From an uncultured Acidobacteriota bacterium (GTDB lineage: Bacteria > Acidobacteriota > JAQAZP01): DNA of 64,000 nt. The stretch's first letter is position 1; each line of letters begins with the position of its first letter. The translations under genes were made by a program, and so were the position numbers. The DNA lies in contig CAWIIB010000009.1 of assembly GCA_963836075.1 (NCBI GenBank), forward strand, positions 2,752,001 to 2,816,000. Reading direction: 5' to 3'. The notes beneath the pieces were generated by a model, which was given only the letters and a program-made list of their open reading frames with translations, was not told the DNA's origin and did no database searches. Shown piece after piece: positions 46,948-59,832 of this stretch.

Positions 46948-48259
46948 ATGACGCCACAGCACCGCAACCGGGAAAACGGTGACCGGGAATACAAAAGGCG
47001 CGTCCGGGCCTGGTATCTCTACGACTGGGCCAACTCGGCTTTTGCCACCACGGTGATGGCCGGCATGTTCCCGCCCTTCTACCGGGCGCTGGTGCTCAAT
47101 GCCGGCCTCAGCGAAACCGCGGCCACCGCCTACTGGGCCTACACCACCGCCGTGGCCCTGGCCCTCATCGCCCCCCTGGCCCCCATGCTGGGCGCGGCGG
47201 CGGACCAGGAGGGCCGGCGGAAGTTCGGCCTGATCCTCTTCATGTCCCTCGGCGTGGCGGCCACCGCCGCCTTCGTCTTTCTCGGCCCCTCCTCCTGGGG
47301 TTGGGCCTCGGCGCTGTTCATCATCGGCAATATCGGCTTTGCCGGCGGCAACCTCTTCTACGACGCCCTGCTGCCCCACGTGGCCCGGGAACAGGACTTC
47401 GACCGGGTCTCCACCACCGGCTATGCCCTGGGCTACATCGGCGGCGGCATCCTGCTGGTGCTCAACCTCGCCTGGTACACCTGGCCCCGGGCCTTCGGCA
47501 TGCCCGACGCCGCTTTCGCGGTGAAGGCCAGCTTTCTCAGCGTGGCCCTCTGGTGGCTGCTCTTCACCGTCCCGCTGCTGCGCCGGGTGGCCGAACCACT
47601 CGGGGAGCGGCCGGTGGGCCAGCGTCAGCCGCTGGTCCGCGGCTCGCTGCGCCGGCTGGGCGAAACCTTCCGCCAGCTGAAACGCTACCGCCAGGCGACG
47701 CTCTTCCTCATCGCCTTCCTGGTCTACAACGACGGCATCGGTACGATCATCAAGATGGCCACCCTCTACGGCCACTCCATCGGCCTGGAGGTGAGGGACA
47801 TGATCGCCGCCCTGGTGATCACCCAGTTCGTCGGTGTGCCGGCGGCCTTCGCCTTTGGCCGGGTGGCCACGAGGCTAGGCTCCAAGCGTTCGATTATGAT
47901 AGGGTTATCCATATACGTGGTGATTTGCCTGGCTGCTTTCTGGATGGAGACGGCCGCACACTTTTACATTCTGGCGATCATGGTGGGGCTGACCCAGGGC
48001 GGCACCCAGGCCCTGAGCCGGTCGCTGTTCGGGTCGATGATCCCCCAGGCGCGCAGCGCCGAGTTTTTCGGATTTTTCAGTACCACCAGCAAATTTGCCG
48101 GCATTCTGGGCCCGCTGGTCTTCGGCGTGGTGACCCACCTGCTGCGGGAGAGCAGGCTGGCCATCGCGGTGATCGCCGGATTTTTTGTGGTCGGCGGGCT
48201 GCTGCTGGCATTTGTCGACGTGGAGGCCGGTATCCGCGCCGTGAAAGAGGAGGAGAAGC

Positions 48260-48270
<11 letters not shown>
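46948..48270 (+). CDS. MFS transporter, UMF1/Atg22-like family
   Basis: AWYLYDWANSAF, FYDALLP, GYALGYIGG, YNDGIGT, QALSRSLF, EFFGFF. Confidence 0.88.
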
Positions 48271-50911
<2,641 letters not shown>

Positions 50912-50914
50912 CCG

Positions 50915-51844
50915 TCAGTTGGGCAGCCGCGGCTGGAAGACGATACGGTCGAAACCCCGTTCGAGGTAGTAGCCCACGGGGCGCAGCTCGACGCACATGA
51001 ACGCGGCGTTCCCCTTGACCACCTGCGGGGGCATGTTCAGCGCGCCGAAGCGCGGCTGGTGGTAGCTCAAGCACTCGCGGCGGCAGGGTTCGGCCAGTTT
51101 GAACTTCCTCTCCTCCGGCAGGTTCATCGATCCGATTTCACAGACCCGAAAGAGGGTGATGTAGGACCAGGGGAAGTAGAGGCTCTTGGGGCAGTCCACC
51201 CCGGCCACGTCCAGATCCTGCAGCAGGGGGTCGAACTCCACCCGTTCCACCCCCGATTGGCGGAGAAAATCCATCAGGCGCGGGATGGTGTAGCTGCAGC
51301 TGGAGAGCGATCGATACTGGCCCGGAGGCAGGCTCTCCAGGTCCCGGCGGTTGAAGCGGGGCATCCGCTTCATCTTGTTCAGCAGCCGGCCGAGGACCAG
51401 ACTGAGCTGCGGGTATTCCCGGGCCGCCAGGCTCATCAGGCCGAACTCGTTGACCACCACCTCCAGGCCCGGGTCTTCCCGCGCCGCCAGCCAGTGGAGG
51501 ACCGGCCTGATCGCCTCCATGCCGTCATCGGTGAGGAATGGCGTGAGCAGGCTGAAGGCCAGCCCTTTCTCCCCCGCCCTCTCCCAGGCTTCCGCCGTCT
51601 CCTTCACCGACGGGATCTTCCGCTCGCAGAATTCGTTGCCGTAGTAGACCCGCTCCAGCCGGTGGGGCAGCTGGTGCATGTCGGCCAGGGCCTGGTTGGC
51701 CACGAAATTCTCCATGCCCAGGGTCTGTTCCGCTTCACCGCCGCTGGGGAAGCGGAGGGCCGCGGGCAGGGGGAGGAAGTTCAGGTCCTCCAGGCTGCCG
51801 GCCAGCAGCGCCACCGACATCCTCCCGCTCCGTTTGCCGTTCAT
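50915..51844 (-). CDS. U32-related Cys-containing protein, partner of the adjacent U32 protein
   Basis: RVYYGNEFCERKIP, EVVVNEFG, LGRLLNKMKR, RVC, PCRREC, KGNA; ATGA overlap with upstream U32 gene; start 51844. Confidence 0.7.
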   Translation of the reverse strand: MNGKRSGRMSVALLAGSLEDLNFLPLPAALRFPSGGEAEQTLGMENFVANQALADMHQLPHRLERVYYGNEFCERKIPSVKETAEAWERAGEKGLAFSLLTPFLTDDGMEAIRPVLHWLAAREDPGLEVVVNEFGLMSLAAREYPQLSLVLGRLLNKMKRMPRFNRRDLESLPPGQYRSLSSCSYTIPRLMDFLRQSGVERVEFDPLLQDLDVAGVDCPKSLYFPWSYITLFRVCEIGSMNLPEERKFKLAEPCRRECLSYHQPRFGALNMPPQVVKGNAAFMCVELRPVGYYLERGFDRIVFQPRLPN

Positions 51845-52959
51845 GGTGCAGCCCTGCCGTGGGGAATCACGCCGGCGGTCTCCACCCCGTCCCGGTAGTA
51901 GCAGCGGTAGCCCTCGTCGCAGAGGTCGGGCAGGCCCAGGGTCTCGCGGCAGAACGCCGGGTCGGCGTCGGCCCCCCGGTCCAGCACCTTCTTCACCAGC
52001 ACTACCCGCTTGATGATGGAATCGGCCCGGTCTCCGCGGCTGACCACCTTCAGCGAGACCACGCCGGCCCGGGCCAGCAGGGGGATGGCACAGAGGCCGC
52101 AGTAGCGGACCAGTTGCGCACCGGCGCAGGCCAGCATCTCGTGGTCCGCCGACCATTTCCACTTCTCGTATTCCGCGTGGGTCTGGTTGAAGCGCGCCAC
52201 CTCGTCGGCGGTGAGCCTCAGGTCGTCGATGTAGCGCTGGACCTCCTCGTCGCCGGGGTGGCGGCGCAGGTGGACGATGCCGTTCAGCCGCTTGTGCCAC
52301 TGGTGCGGGGTGGACGGCCGCAGCGAGTCGCGGAAGGGGGTGCTGCAGTAGTGCAGCCGGTCCCAGCCGTGGGCCGCGGTGCAGTAGGCGGCGTTGAAGC
52401 TGCAGCGCTGGCTGAGGATGAAGGTCTCGAACTCAAGACGGTCACCAAGCGCCTCGATCATCCCGCCAATCTCGGCCACGGTGAGGTGCCGGGGTAGGAT
52501 GATCCTCCCGGCGCCCAGGCCGAGGTAGAAGGAGGCGGTTTCCCGGTTGTAGACTCCGGCTTCGCCGCTGACGTGGAGGTCCAGGCCGAGGTTCAGGTCG
52601 CCGGCCAGCAGCATCAGCGCCGGGTCGGCCACGATCAGCCCGTCGGCGCCGAGGTCGGCCACCCGCTTGATGTAGTCGAGCAGGTAGGGCACGTGCTCTT
52701 CGGCGTAGGCCACGGCATTGAAGGTGACGTAGACCGGGACACCGCAGGCGTGGGCGGTTTCCACGGCCGCGGCCAGCGAGTCGAAATCGAGGAAGTTGTT
52801 CGCGGCATATTCCCGGCGGTTGGGTGAGACCTGGTAGCCGAAGACCCGGGACCAGTTTTCGGGCACCACCCCGGCAAAGAACTCGCCGGCACCCGCCTGG
52901 CAAACCCGTCGGATGTCCGGTTCCGACAGGTTCGGAGACAGTCCCACCATGATCTTCAT
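51841..52959 (-). CDS. Peptidase U32 family protein (UbiU/TrhP-like, Fe-S binding)
   Basis: AGAGEFFAG, VYVTFN, GADGLIVADP, HVS, RIILPRHLT, Cx6C (CSFNAAYC), CGLC, SLKVVSRG. Confidence 0.85.
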   Translation of the reverse strand: MKIMVGLSPNLSEPDIRRVCQAGAGEFFAGVVPENWSRVFGYQVSPNRREYAANNFLDFDSLAAAVETAHACGVPVYVTFNAVAYAEEHVPYLLDYIKRVADLGADGLIVADPALMLLAGDLNLGLDLHVSGEAGVYNRETASFYLGLGAGRIILPRHLTVAEIGGMIEALGDRLEFETFILSQRCSFNAAYCTAAHGWDRLHYCSTPFRDSLRPSTPHQWHKRLNGIVHLRRHPGDEEVQRYIDDLRLTADEVARFNQTHAEYEKWKWSADHEMLACAGAQLVRYCGLCAIPLLARAGVVSLKVVSRGDRADSIIKRVVLVKKVLDRGADADPAFCRETLGLPDLCDEGYRCYYRDGVETAGVIPHGRAAP

Positions 52960-53137
52960 GTATGCCACCCCTCTCAGAGTAGATGTGGTCGTGTCCGTAT
53001 TATTGAAGACGGATCGCGCGCTTGTCCAGTCGGCTCGGCGGAGTGCGCGGCGCAGCTTCTTGCCTTATTGAAAAAATGGCATAATGACAGTCAGCGGGCC
53101 GGATACGAACCAGCCGGCCGATCTCACGGGGAGACCG

Positions 53138-55489
53138 ATGACCAAATTCCTTCCGCTGCTTGTATTGTGCAGTGCCATGCTGGTCAACTCCGGCTGCCGA
53201 CAGGCCGACCCGGTGCCGATCAGCCTGATGGACCCGCTGGACCCGTCCGAACCCCTCGGCCCGTGGCGCCTGGCGATTCAGGTTCGCGGAACCCGCCCCT
53301 GGGCCGATGACGCGGAGGGCCTGGGAGTCACCTTGGACGGTGAGGTCATCCCTGCCCGGTCAATGGCCGAACTGCCCCCACGCCAGTTGAAAAAAGCGGC
53401 TCGCGTGCTGGGGAAGGGCGGCGAATTTATCCAGACCGCACCGGTTTCCTCGCTCAGAACGCCGGTGACGGTGGCTGGGGGGGAGCGGCTGCTGCTCGGT
53501 TTGAACTACGGTGCCCGGTGGATGGGAGATCCGCTGATCGAGGGGAGATTGCTCAGGGACGGGGAGATGGTGGCCTCCGGACAGGCCGCCGTCCACGGCC
53601 ACTGGTGCGAGGTGCAGCTCACCGTTCCGCCGGGTGGGGCGGAGACACTGGAAGTTCGCCACCACCTGGCTCCGGGAACGGCCATTGTGCTCCGCAACAC
53701 GGCCCTGGTGGCGGTGAACAGTGCGGCCACGGAAGCGGAGATCGTCCGGGCGATGTGTTTTTTACGTCTGGCTCGCGGTAGCCGGGCAACCCCGGCGACC
53801 CGGGTTCCGGAGAAACGGGTGATTCCCCTGGAACTGGCCGGCCGGACACTGGACATCCTGTTGCTGGGCAGCGGCGAGACCCGGGAAGTCGAAGTGCCGC
53901 CGGCCCTGGCCGGCCGGCGTCTTCTCTGCTGGTACACCGTCATGACTGCCCGGCCCGACGCTCCGGCCACACTGGCCATGGAAGCGGAATCAGGGGAGGG
54001 GTGGAGGTCCCTGGCGGTGCTGTCGGTCCGGGCTGAAGATATCAATACCTGGACCAAGGTGAGTCTGGAGAAAGGGGACGTTCCACCGGACTGCCGCCGC
54101 ATCCGGTTGACCGTTGCAGGCGGGGATGCCATTGTCGGCATGTCGGGGCCGGTGCTCCCGGCGGGCCGGCGGCCCAAAAACCGGAAGAACCTGCTGGTCA
54201 TCGACCTCGACACCCTGCGTGCCGACCGGATGGGAACATACGGCTACCAGCAGCGGCCCACCACCCGGCTTCTCGATGCCAAACTCCAGCAGCAGGGGTT
54301 CCACCTCTTCCAGCATGCTTACTCCCCGGCGGTCTCCACCCTGCCGGCCACCGCCAAGTTTCTTGCCGGCCGCTACCATGACATCCACCGCGGCCGGGCG
54401 GTCCCCCGCGGCTACACACTGCTCCAGGAGTGGTTGAGGCAGGCCGGCTATTATTGCGCCGCATTCACCGGCGGCGGGCAGCTGCGCGACCGGGGGTTCG
54501 AACAGGGCTTTCACGAATTCTACTGGAGCCGCGACGTGGGCAAGATCGAGGACTCCTTTCCCCAGGCCACGGCGTGGCTGGAGGAGAACCGGGACGAGCT
54601 CTTCTTTCTTTTCCTGCACACCTACGAGCCCCATGCGCCGTACACCAGGGGTGAGTTCTGCGCCGGCCTGCCCCGGGGCCGGCTGGGGGATCTCACCGCC
54701 GGAGAACTCCTGATCCCGAAGAACAGCAGGATCAAAACCCACACCCCGCTCAGCGAGCCGGAAATGCGGTACATGAACGCCGCCTACGACGGTGGGGTGA
54801 AAAAAGCCACCGACGAAGTGGCCCTGCTGCTGGACCAGCTGGACCGCCTGGGGCTGGCCGATTCCACGGTGGTGGTGATCCTCAGCGACCACGGGGAGGA
54901 GTTCTGGGACCACAACGGACTGTTCGCCCAGCATGGCCAGTCGCTCTACGGTGAGCTGCTCAACGTGCCGCTGATCATCTTCGACCCCCACCGTCCGGCG
55001 GCCGGCCTGCACCGCATCACCGAGGAGGCGAGCACCGTTGACCTGCTGCCCACGGTGTTCGACCTGCTGGGCCTGCCGTTCACCGCTGAAACGGACGGGG
55101 TCAGCCTGGCGCCGCTGATGGCGGGGGAGATCAACGGTGAGGCCTTCCACCGCGAGATCCCGGTGCTCGCCTCCCGGCTGGACAAGTCCTACTGCGTGAT
55201 CCGGAACGGCGTGAAGTATATCCGGGGTCTGGGCCCCCAGGCCTGGCTGGCTGACCAGAGGGACCTCCCCCCGTGGGAGGGCGAGCTTTTCCGGCTCACC
55301 GACGATCCCCGGGAACAGGACAACCTGGCGGAGCTCCAACCTGACTTGCAGCGGCAGATGACCGAACTGCTGCGCCGGGCGGCGGGTCAGGCCCTGGCGC
55401 CGCTGGACGAAGAGGCCGTGGACCACGGCCCGGTGAGCCCCGACCTGCAGCGCCAGCTGCGGGCGCTGGGGTATGTGGTAGGAAAGTGA
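53138..55489 (+). CDS. Exported sulfatase-like (alkaline phosphatase superfamily) protein, probable lipoprotein
   Basis: Signal ending NSGC; NLLVIDLDTLRAD, HTYEPHAPY, YDGGV, SDHGEEF, C-terminal QLRALGYV. Confidence 0.85.
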   Translation: MTKFLPLLVLCSAMLVNSGCRQADPVPISLMDPLDPSEPLGPWRLAIQVRGTRPWADDAEGLGVTLDGEVIPARSMAELPPRQLKKAARVLGKGGEFIQTAPVSSLRTPVTVAGGERLLLGLNYGARWMGDPLIEGRLLRDGEMVASGQAAVHGHWCEVQLTVPPGGAETLEVRHHLAPGTAIVLRNTALVAVNSAATEAEIVRAMCFLRLARGSRATPATRVPEKRVIPLELAGRTLDILLLGSGETREVEVPPALAGRRLLCWYTVMTARPDAPATLAMEAESGEGWRSLAVLSVRAEDINTWTKVSLEKGDVPPDCRRIRLTVAGGDAIVGMSGPVLPAGRRPKNRKNLLVIDLDTLRADRMGTYGYQQRPTTRLLDAKLQQQGFHLFQHAYSPAVSTLPATAKFLAGRYHDIHRGRAVPRGYTLLQEWLRQAGYYCAAFTGGGQLRDRGFEQGFHEFYWSRDVGKIEDSFPQATAWLEENRDELFFLFLHTYEPHAPYTRGEFCAGLPRGRLGDLTAGELLIPKNSRIKTHTPLSEPEMRYMNAAYDGGVKKATDEVALLLDQLDRLGLADSTVVVILSDHGEEFWDHNGLFAQHGQSLYGELLNVPLIIFDPHRPAAGLHRITEEASTVDLLPTVFDLLGLPFTAETDGVSLAPLMAGEINGEAFHREIPVLASRLDKSYCVIRNGVKYIRGLGPQAWLADQRDLPPWEGELFRLTDDPREQDNLAELQPDLQRQMTELLRRAAGQALAPLDEEAVDHGPVSPDLQRQLRALGYVVGK

Positions 55490-55529
55490 CCGCGTTTTCA
55501 TGGATAATGGCTGCGGGAGGGGGAACAGC

Positions 55530-57683
55530 ATGTCCACATCCACTTTGACCCGATTCTTCACCGTGCCCGGTCTCATTTTTCTGCACTGCGCTGGATTCAC
55601 CGGGGCTCTCCGTGCCGCCACCATCCGTGTGCCCCAGGACCGGCCGTCGATCCAGGACGGCATCAACATGGCTGTGGACGGTGACACGGTGCTGGTGGCT
55701 GACGGTGTCTGGACCAGCGACGGAAACCGTGACATTGACTTCCTGGGCAAGGCAATCGTTCTCCGCTCCGCCAACGGCTACCAGAACTGCATCATCGACA
55801 TCCAGGGGGGGAGCCAGAACCATCGCGGTTTCTTCTTCCACAGCGGTGAGGGCCTCGATTCGGTCATCGAAGGGTTCACCATCCAACGGGGTTCATACTT
55901 CGGCGGAATGATCCCCGAAAAATACGGGGGGGCGGTCTGCTGTCTCGACTCGGGCTTCACCATGAGGGACTGTTACCTGCATAACAACCGTTCTCGTAAC
56001 GGTGGTGGCATCTACACCCACAGTTCCACGGTGGCCATTTCCAATACCGTGGTCTTCCACAATGATTCCGAATGGTATGGCGGCGGGATCCTGCTGGAGC
56101 ATTCGAACGGATTGATCGAGGGCTGTGAATTCATTGACAACGACTGCGGTACAATCTATGGGGGCAACGGATCCGCAATCTGGTCCAGCGGCAGTGTGCT
56201 GACGCTGGACCACTCCCTTTTCCACCACAACGAGGCGGACAGGAATCGGTATGCCGTGGCCCTGAGGGACGGTAGTACGGGGATTTCGTCCTGTACCTTT
56301 GCCGACAATGACACCGGGTATTACACCAGCGTTCTTTTTGTCCGGGGAGACGTCACCCTGACAAACTCTGTTTTCTGGGGCAACAGTGAAGACATCCAGG
56401 TCCATGAAGATGCCGAATTCATCGCCACCTGGTCCAACATTGACCCCGGTGACGGATCGGTGTGGCCCGGAGAGGGGAACATCAATGTCGACCCGCTCTT
56501 CATCCCCGGTCCTGAAGGGGACTACTGCCTGAGCCAGATTGCGGCCGGGCAGGCGGAGGACAGCCCCTGCATCGACGCAGGCGATCCGCAGGCAGAGCTG
56601 ATCCGGGGCAGCACCAGGACCGACCAGATCCCCGACCGGGGGGTGATCGACATGGGCTATCACTACCTGGCCGTGACCCAGCCCCTGGTCACCACCGGCG
56701 CCGGGCCCGACCCGGGGAACCCCCCGCTGATCAGGGTCTTCCCACCGGCGGAGGACGCGGAGCACGTGTTCACGTTCCTGGCCTACGGTGTGCCGGCCTA
56801 CGGGGTCAAGGTGGCCGGCGGCGACCCGGACGGCGACGGGGTGGATGAGATTCTCACCGGGGCCGGGCCCGGCGCGGTATTCGGCCCCCACGTACGGGGG
56901 TTCGAAGTGCAAGGGGACCCCATGCCCGGGCTCAGCTTCCTGGCCTACGGCACCAACAAGTACGGAGTGAACGTGGCCGCCGGTGACCTGGACGGCGACG
57001 GCCGGGACGAGATCCTCACCGGGGCCGGTCCCGGCGCGGTGTTTGGCCCCCACGTCCGCGGGTGGGTGTACGACGGCGAGGAAACGGTGGCGCCGCTGCC
57101 CGGCGTGAACTTCTTTGCCTACGGAACACCCAAGTGGGGGGTGAACGTGGCCGCCGGCGACATCGACGGCGACGGTTTTGACGAGATCGTCACCGGCCCC
57201 GGGCCGGGAACGGTTTACGGCCCCCACGTCCGAGGCTGGAGCGTGGATGGGGGGGAGGTTGCGTCCATCCCCGCCATCAGCTTCTTTGCTTTCGGCACCA
57301 ACAAATTCGGGGTAAACGTCACCACCGGCGACGTGGACGGCGACGGGATCGACGAGATCGTCACCGGCGCCGGCCCGGGGGCGGAGTTCGGCCCTCACGT
57401 GCGCGGCTGGAACTTCGACGGCGCCGCGGTCACCTCCCTGCCCGGGTACAGTTTCTTTGCCTGGGAGACCGCCCCCCTCCGCTTCGGGGTCAACGTCTGC
57501 GCCGGGACCGACCTGGACGGCGACGGCCGGGACGACCTGCTGGCCGGCCGGGGGCCCGATGCCGAGGCGAACACCGAGGTGAAGGCCTTCGTCTATGACG
57601 GCACGGCGGTGAGCCAGTGGTTCATGCTCAAGGCCTTCCCGGGCTACCGCTACGGGACCACGGTGGCCGCCGGACGGTTCTGA
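55530..57683 (+). CDS. Secreted right-handed beta-helix protein with C-terminal FG-GAP-like repeats
   Basis: ATIRVPQD..SIQDGI, GGGI beta-helix repeats, GNINVDPLF, SPCIDAG; repeats GDxDGDGxDEIxTGxGPGxxxGPHVRG. Confidence 0.85.
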   Translation: MSTSTLTRFFTVPGLIFLHCAGFTGALRAATIRVPQDRPSIQDGINMAVDGDTVLVADGVWTSDGNRDIDFLGKAIVLRSANGYQNCIIDIQGGSQNHRGFFFHSGEGLDSVIEGFTIQRGSYFGGMIPEKYGGAVCCLDSGFTMRDCYLHNNRSRNGGGIYTHSSTVAISNTVVFHNDSEWYGGGILLEHSNGLIEGCEFIDNDCGTIYGGNGSAIWSSGSVLTLDHSLFHHNEADRNRYAVALRDGSTGISSCTFADNDTGYYTSVLFVRGDVTLTNSVFWGNSEDIQVHEDAEFIATWSNIDPGDGSVWPGEGNINVDPLFIPGPEGDYCLSQIAAGQAEDSPCIDAGDPQAELIRGSTRTDQIPDRGVIDMGYHYLAVTQPLVTTGAGPDPGNPPLIRVFPPAEDAEHVFTFLAYGVPAYGVKVAGGDPDGDGVDEILTGAGPGAVFGPHVRGFEVQGDPMPGLSFLAYGTNKYGVNVAAGDLDGDGRDEILTGAGPGAVFGPHVRGWVYDGEETVAPLPGVNFFAYGTPKWGVNVAAGDIDGDGFDEIVTGPGPGTVYGPHVRGWSVDGGEVASIPAISFFAFGTNKFGVNVTTGDVDGDGIDEIVTGAGPGAEFGPHVRGWNFDGAAVTSLPGYSFFAWETAPLRFGVNVCAGTDLDGDGRDDLLAGRGPDAEANTEVKAFVYDGTAVSQWFMLKAFPGYRYGTTVAAGRF

Positions 57684-57803
57684 GTCCCCTCATCACCTCC
57701 CACATTGCCGTAAAACAGTTTTCACGATAAGATCATGCCAATTCTTGCTTCGCAAGCGTTGTTTCCTCTGAGACTCGCCAATCGTATGTCTGTGAGGTGA
57801 ACT

Positions 57804-59763
57804 ATGCGAATTGTCCTGATCTGTCTCTTCCTCGGTGTGGTCTGCATCCCCGGTTTCTGCGAATCCGACATCGACCAGTGGGAACAGTTCTCGCCGGCGG
57901 ATCTTGCCCTCACCGACAACCCCCGTGAACCGGGGGCCCGGGCGATGTATCTTTTCTGCCGGGCCCGGGCGGACGAGGAGCGGATGGTGGTGCACGGAGC
58001 GATCAAGATCTTCAACGATGCCGGCCGGGACCTGGCCAATTTTGAGCTGCCGGACCTGGTGACCGGGATCCGGGCCCGGACGGTCCGGCCCGACGGTTCG
58101 GCAGTGGAACTCTCCAGCGACCAGATCATGGAGAAGATCCTCGTCCGCAAGCGGGGGCTCAAGCTGGACATGAAGGTCTTTGCCCTGCCGGACGTTGAAG
58201 CCGGCTCCATTGTCGAGTACCATCTATGAAATGCCGCCCGAACTTTACTACCGGGTCTACTTTGCCTGGCCGCTGCAGCGGGAGATCTTCTGCCGTGAGT
58301 CGTGGATCGAGTTCGACGCGGGAATGCTCAAGCCGTACAACAGGTCGATCATCGACACCTACGGGCAGGCGAGCATCCGCACCACGAATCTCGGGGACCG
58401 GATTCGGTACGGGGGCAGCAACATCCCGGCGATCCTGGACGAGGACTTCCCTCCGCCGGAATCGGAGCTCTCGGCGTTCTACCTGATGTACGTGGGCTTC
58501 CCCTTTATCCGGGGGGCCGGAGGGCTGAACACCACCAGCCGGGGCGGCAAGGAGTTGTTCATCGAGCTCTTCTGGAAACAGTACGGCGAAGACTACGCCG
58601 AATACTATTTCGACTTCATGGACGGGGGCAAAAAACTGCGGCGCTTGGCTGAGACAGTTCTGGCCGAGGACAGCCGGCCGGTGGAGCCGGAGCAAAAGAT
58701 TTACGATTACGTGGCCAGGACGATCCGGAACGATTCCTTTGTCACCCGGTCCGAAGAGGACCGGATGAACGAAGTGAAGAAAAAAAGCAAGACCAGCAAA
58801 ACGGTGAACAACGTGGTGCAGAAGGGCAGCGGGTCTTCCGGAGAGATCACCCTGCTCTGCGTGGCGCTGATGCGCGCCGCCGGTCTGGACGCCTATCCGG
58901 TGGTCGCCTGCGGACGGGACGGCCACTTCTTCAGGCGGACGGTGCTGGCCAACCAGTTCGGGGAGTTCCTGCTGGCCATCGAGAGTCCCGAGGGCCGGGT
59001 CTTCCTCGATCCGGCCACCCCCTATTGTCCTTATGGCCGCGTCGCCTGGCAGAAGCAGGGCGCCGACGCCATCCTCTTCCATCCCGGGGGAGGGGATTTC
59101 ATCGAGACCGCGGAGCGCGAGGATGAGGTCAACCGGATCAGCCGCACCGTGGACGCCGCGTTTGAAGGCTCGATGCTCCGGGTCAGCCTGAAGATCGAGC
59201 TCGAAGGGAATCCGGACTTTATGCTGAAGAACGCGCTGGACGACGAATCGGATGAGGGCCTGCGGGACTATATCGAAGAAGTGCTGGCCGAGACTTTCGG
59301 CGAAGTGGAGCTGGAGGCCCACCAGATGCTCAACCTCCGGGAGCGCGGGCTGCCGCTGGCGATCACCGCCGAGTTCACGGTGCCGGAATACACCGCACAG
59401 ACCCGGACGCGGCTGATGTTCAAGCCGGTGCTCTTTGGCCGGGAGCAGACAGCGTACTTCACCAGCAAGACGCGAACGATGCCGATCTTTTTCGACTACC
59501 CGGTGGCTTACGAGGACCAGGTGACCTTCCACCTTCCCCAGGGCTACCAGGTGGACCAGCTCCCCGAGCCGGTGGAGTTCGGCACCAGTGTCGGGGCCTA
59601 CCAGCTGGCCCTGGAGCAGGAGCCCGGTCTGCTGGTCAGCCACCGCCTCTTCCACCGGAAGGGCACCCGGTTCCTGCCCCGGCACTACCCGGCGATCCGC
59701 AAGTTCTACGAAGTGGCCCGGACCGGCGACGACACCACCGCGGTGCTCAAGGCCGGGGAGTAG
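57804..59763 (+). pseudogene. DUF3857/transglutaminase-like protein (inactive type), +1 frameshift at 58220-58221
   Basis: Paralog of 59833-61803; paralog GAA TAC ATC TAC (EYIY) versus GAG TAC C ATC TAT here. Confidence 0.85.
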
Positions 59764-59832
59764 GAAATGAGGGATCGCTCACAGGCGGTTGCCCCCGTAA
59801 AAACAGCCGCTACTATTGATTCGAGGTGCCCC

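Noticed and set aside
51841-52959. Collagenase/protease call or ubiU gene symbol
   Set aside because: Characterised U32 members are mostly hydroxylases, and orthology to UbiU cannot be shown without a phylogeny
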